Shown piece by piece: positions 49,683-50,723 of a DNA stretch of 50,723 nt (position 1 is its first letter; every line of letters starts with the position of its first letter). Source of the DNA: Candidatus Aegiribacteria sp. (GTDB lineage: Bacteria; Fermentibacterota; Fermentibacteria; Fermentibacterales; JCC-6); contig JAWOBF010000091.1 of the NCBI GenBank assembly GCA_046498225.1, forward strand, positions 1 to 50,723. The letters are read 5' to 3'. The position numbers and the translations under genes were made by a program. The notes under the pieces are model-generated. The model saw nothing but the letters and a program-made list of their open reading frames with translations. It searched no databases and had not been told where the DNA came from.

Positions 49683-50723
49683 TGGAAACGGCAGTCAGGA
49701 TAAGAAGGATAACCATCAGCAGGGAAGGTCCCCTCAAAGATGACCTGATCCTGGAGCCGCGTCTGCTGAACCTGGTCTACGGCCATAACGAGACCGGCAA
49801 GACCTACATTGTCGAAGCGCTGATATCACTGCTCTTCAGGACCGGGCGGAACACTCGCTGGACCAGCACACGCACCAGGACCAGGGCAGCCACAGTTCGA
49901 GAATGGGACCCAAGGGGCGAGATAGAGGTGTCCGGACTGGAGGAAGGCGTCACCGTATTCACTCCGGGCAGCCCCAGGCTGGAGGATCATACATCCGGCG
50001 ACGAGGCTCTTCCGGAGGACCTTTCCAGGCTGATGGTGGTCCGGGCCGGAGAAACCAGACTTTCCGAAGCGGGGGACGGTGTGGGGGACGAAGTGCTCAG
50101 AACCTACCTCTCGGGAAACAGGGTGCTGGACGAGGTAGAGTCCAGGATAGGGCAGGAGACGGTGAAGAACGCCCGAATAACCGACGGGGTCATCGTGGCT
50201 GACAACAAGGGTCTCATCAAGGACAGGCTGACCCTGGAACATGAGCTCAGCTACATCGATGAGCTGCGGAAGGAAGTGGACGAGAAGGCTTCCCTCGTGG
50301 TGATGAACTCCCTTCAGAGGAGGCGGCAGAGGATAGAAAGCCGTCTCGTGGAGATGGAGGACGCCAAGAGGCACAGGGCCTTTCAGGTCCACGGGGAGAA
50401 GCAGAAACTGCAGCTGACGCTGGACCGCCTTCCGTCGGAGAATGATCTGATGGACCTGTACAGGGACATGAGCGTTTTCGATGACAGGAAGAGAGAACTG
50501 GAAGGTCTGGACGGGAGGCTGAAGGACATTCCGCCGGTGGAGGAGGACCTCAGGTGGATAGAGATGGCCGGGGAGGAGTACCTTCCCGCCGCCGGAACAG
50601 CAGGCGGGACCTCCGGGTTCGTAACGGCATGCCACTGGCTTCTTCCCGCGCTGATAATGCTGTCCGCCGCCGGTGCCTTCTTCAGCAGGATACTGGCCCT
50701 TGCCGCCGCAGCCGGCGGCCTGG
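49682..50723 (+). CDS. SbcC/Rad50/YhaN-like AAA ATPase, truncated by the window end (absent from the ORF track)
   Basis: Manual translation from ATG 49682: METAVRIRRITISREGPL...LNLVYGHNETGKT (Walker A), then coiled coil, then a hydrophobic segment WLLPALIMLSAAGAFF near the window end. Confidence 0.85.
   Translation, partial: METAVRIRRITISREGPLKDDLILEPRLLNLVYGHNETGKTYIVEALISLLFRTGRNTRWTSTRTRTRAATVREWDPRGEIEVSGLEEGVTVFTPGSPRLEDHTSGDEALPEDLSRLMVVRAGETRLSEAGDGVGDEVLRTYLSGNRVLDEVESRIGQETVKNARITDGVIVADNKGLIKDRLTLEHELSYIDELRKEVDEKASLVVMNSLQRRRQRIESRLVEMEDAKRHRAFQVHGEKQKLQLTLDRLPSENDLMDLYRDMSVFDDRKRELEGLDGRLKDIPPVEEDLRWIEMAGEEYLPAAGTAGGTSGFVTACHWLLPALIMLSAAGAFFSRILALAAAAGGL

Overview
GC-rich bacterial chromosomal window, mostly housekeeping and densely coded (about 45 CDS; no rRNA, tRNA or CRISPR seen). 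In order: uvrA; dnaK-grpE-dnaJ; a TPR protein; metK-envC-holB-PSP1(ricT)-metG-GT4-deacetylase; two membrane metalloproteases; an AT-rich RAYT/Y1 HUH transposase element; a gingipain-like C25 peptidase with a T9SS-type tail; a SurA-like lipoprotein; methylmalonyl-CoA mutase and buk; archaeal-type aspS; a class II aldolase and lat; ptb-rpiB-wecB-transglutaminase-ribD-ribE-ribBA-ribH-nusB-phosphoesterase; a GT4 and a methyltransferase; an uncharacterised secreted protein; dnaE2-lonC; a pyruvyl transferase; nfo; and an Mre11/Rad50-like pair cut by the window end. The T9SS-type tail and fermentative genes suggest an anaerobic FCB-superphylum organism (inference only). The most notable signals are non-coding. 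(1) The RAYT gene is bracketed by perfect 27-bp inverted repeats, and the right copy supplies the apparent start of the downstream peptidase. (2) A SAM-II-like riboswitch is wired to an intrinsic terminator/antiterminator upstream of metK. (3) A GAAC-N4-GTTT SOS-box palindrome precedes a dnaE2 with no adjacent imuA/imuB, and dnaE2 overlaps lonC. (4) A sigma54-type promoter, not CIRCE, precedes dnaK. (5) Several genes appear leaderless. All calls are by eye from sequence motifs; no database searches were run.
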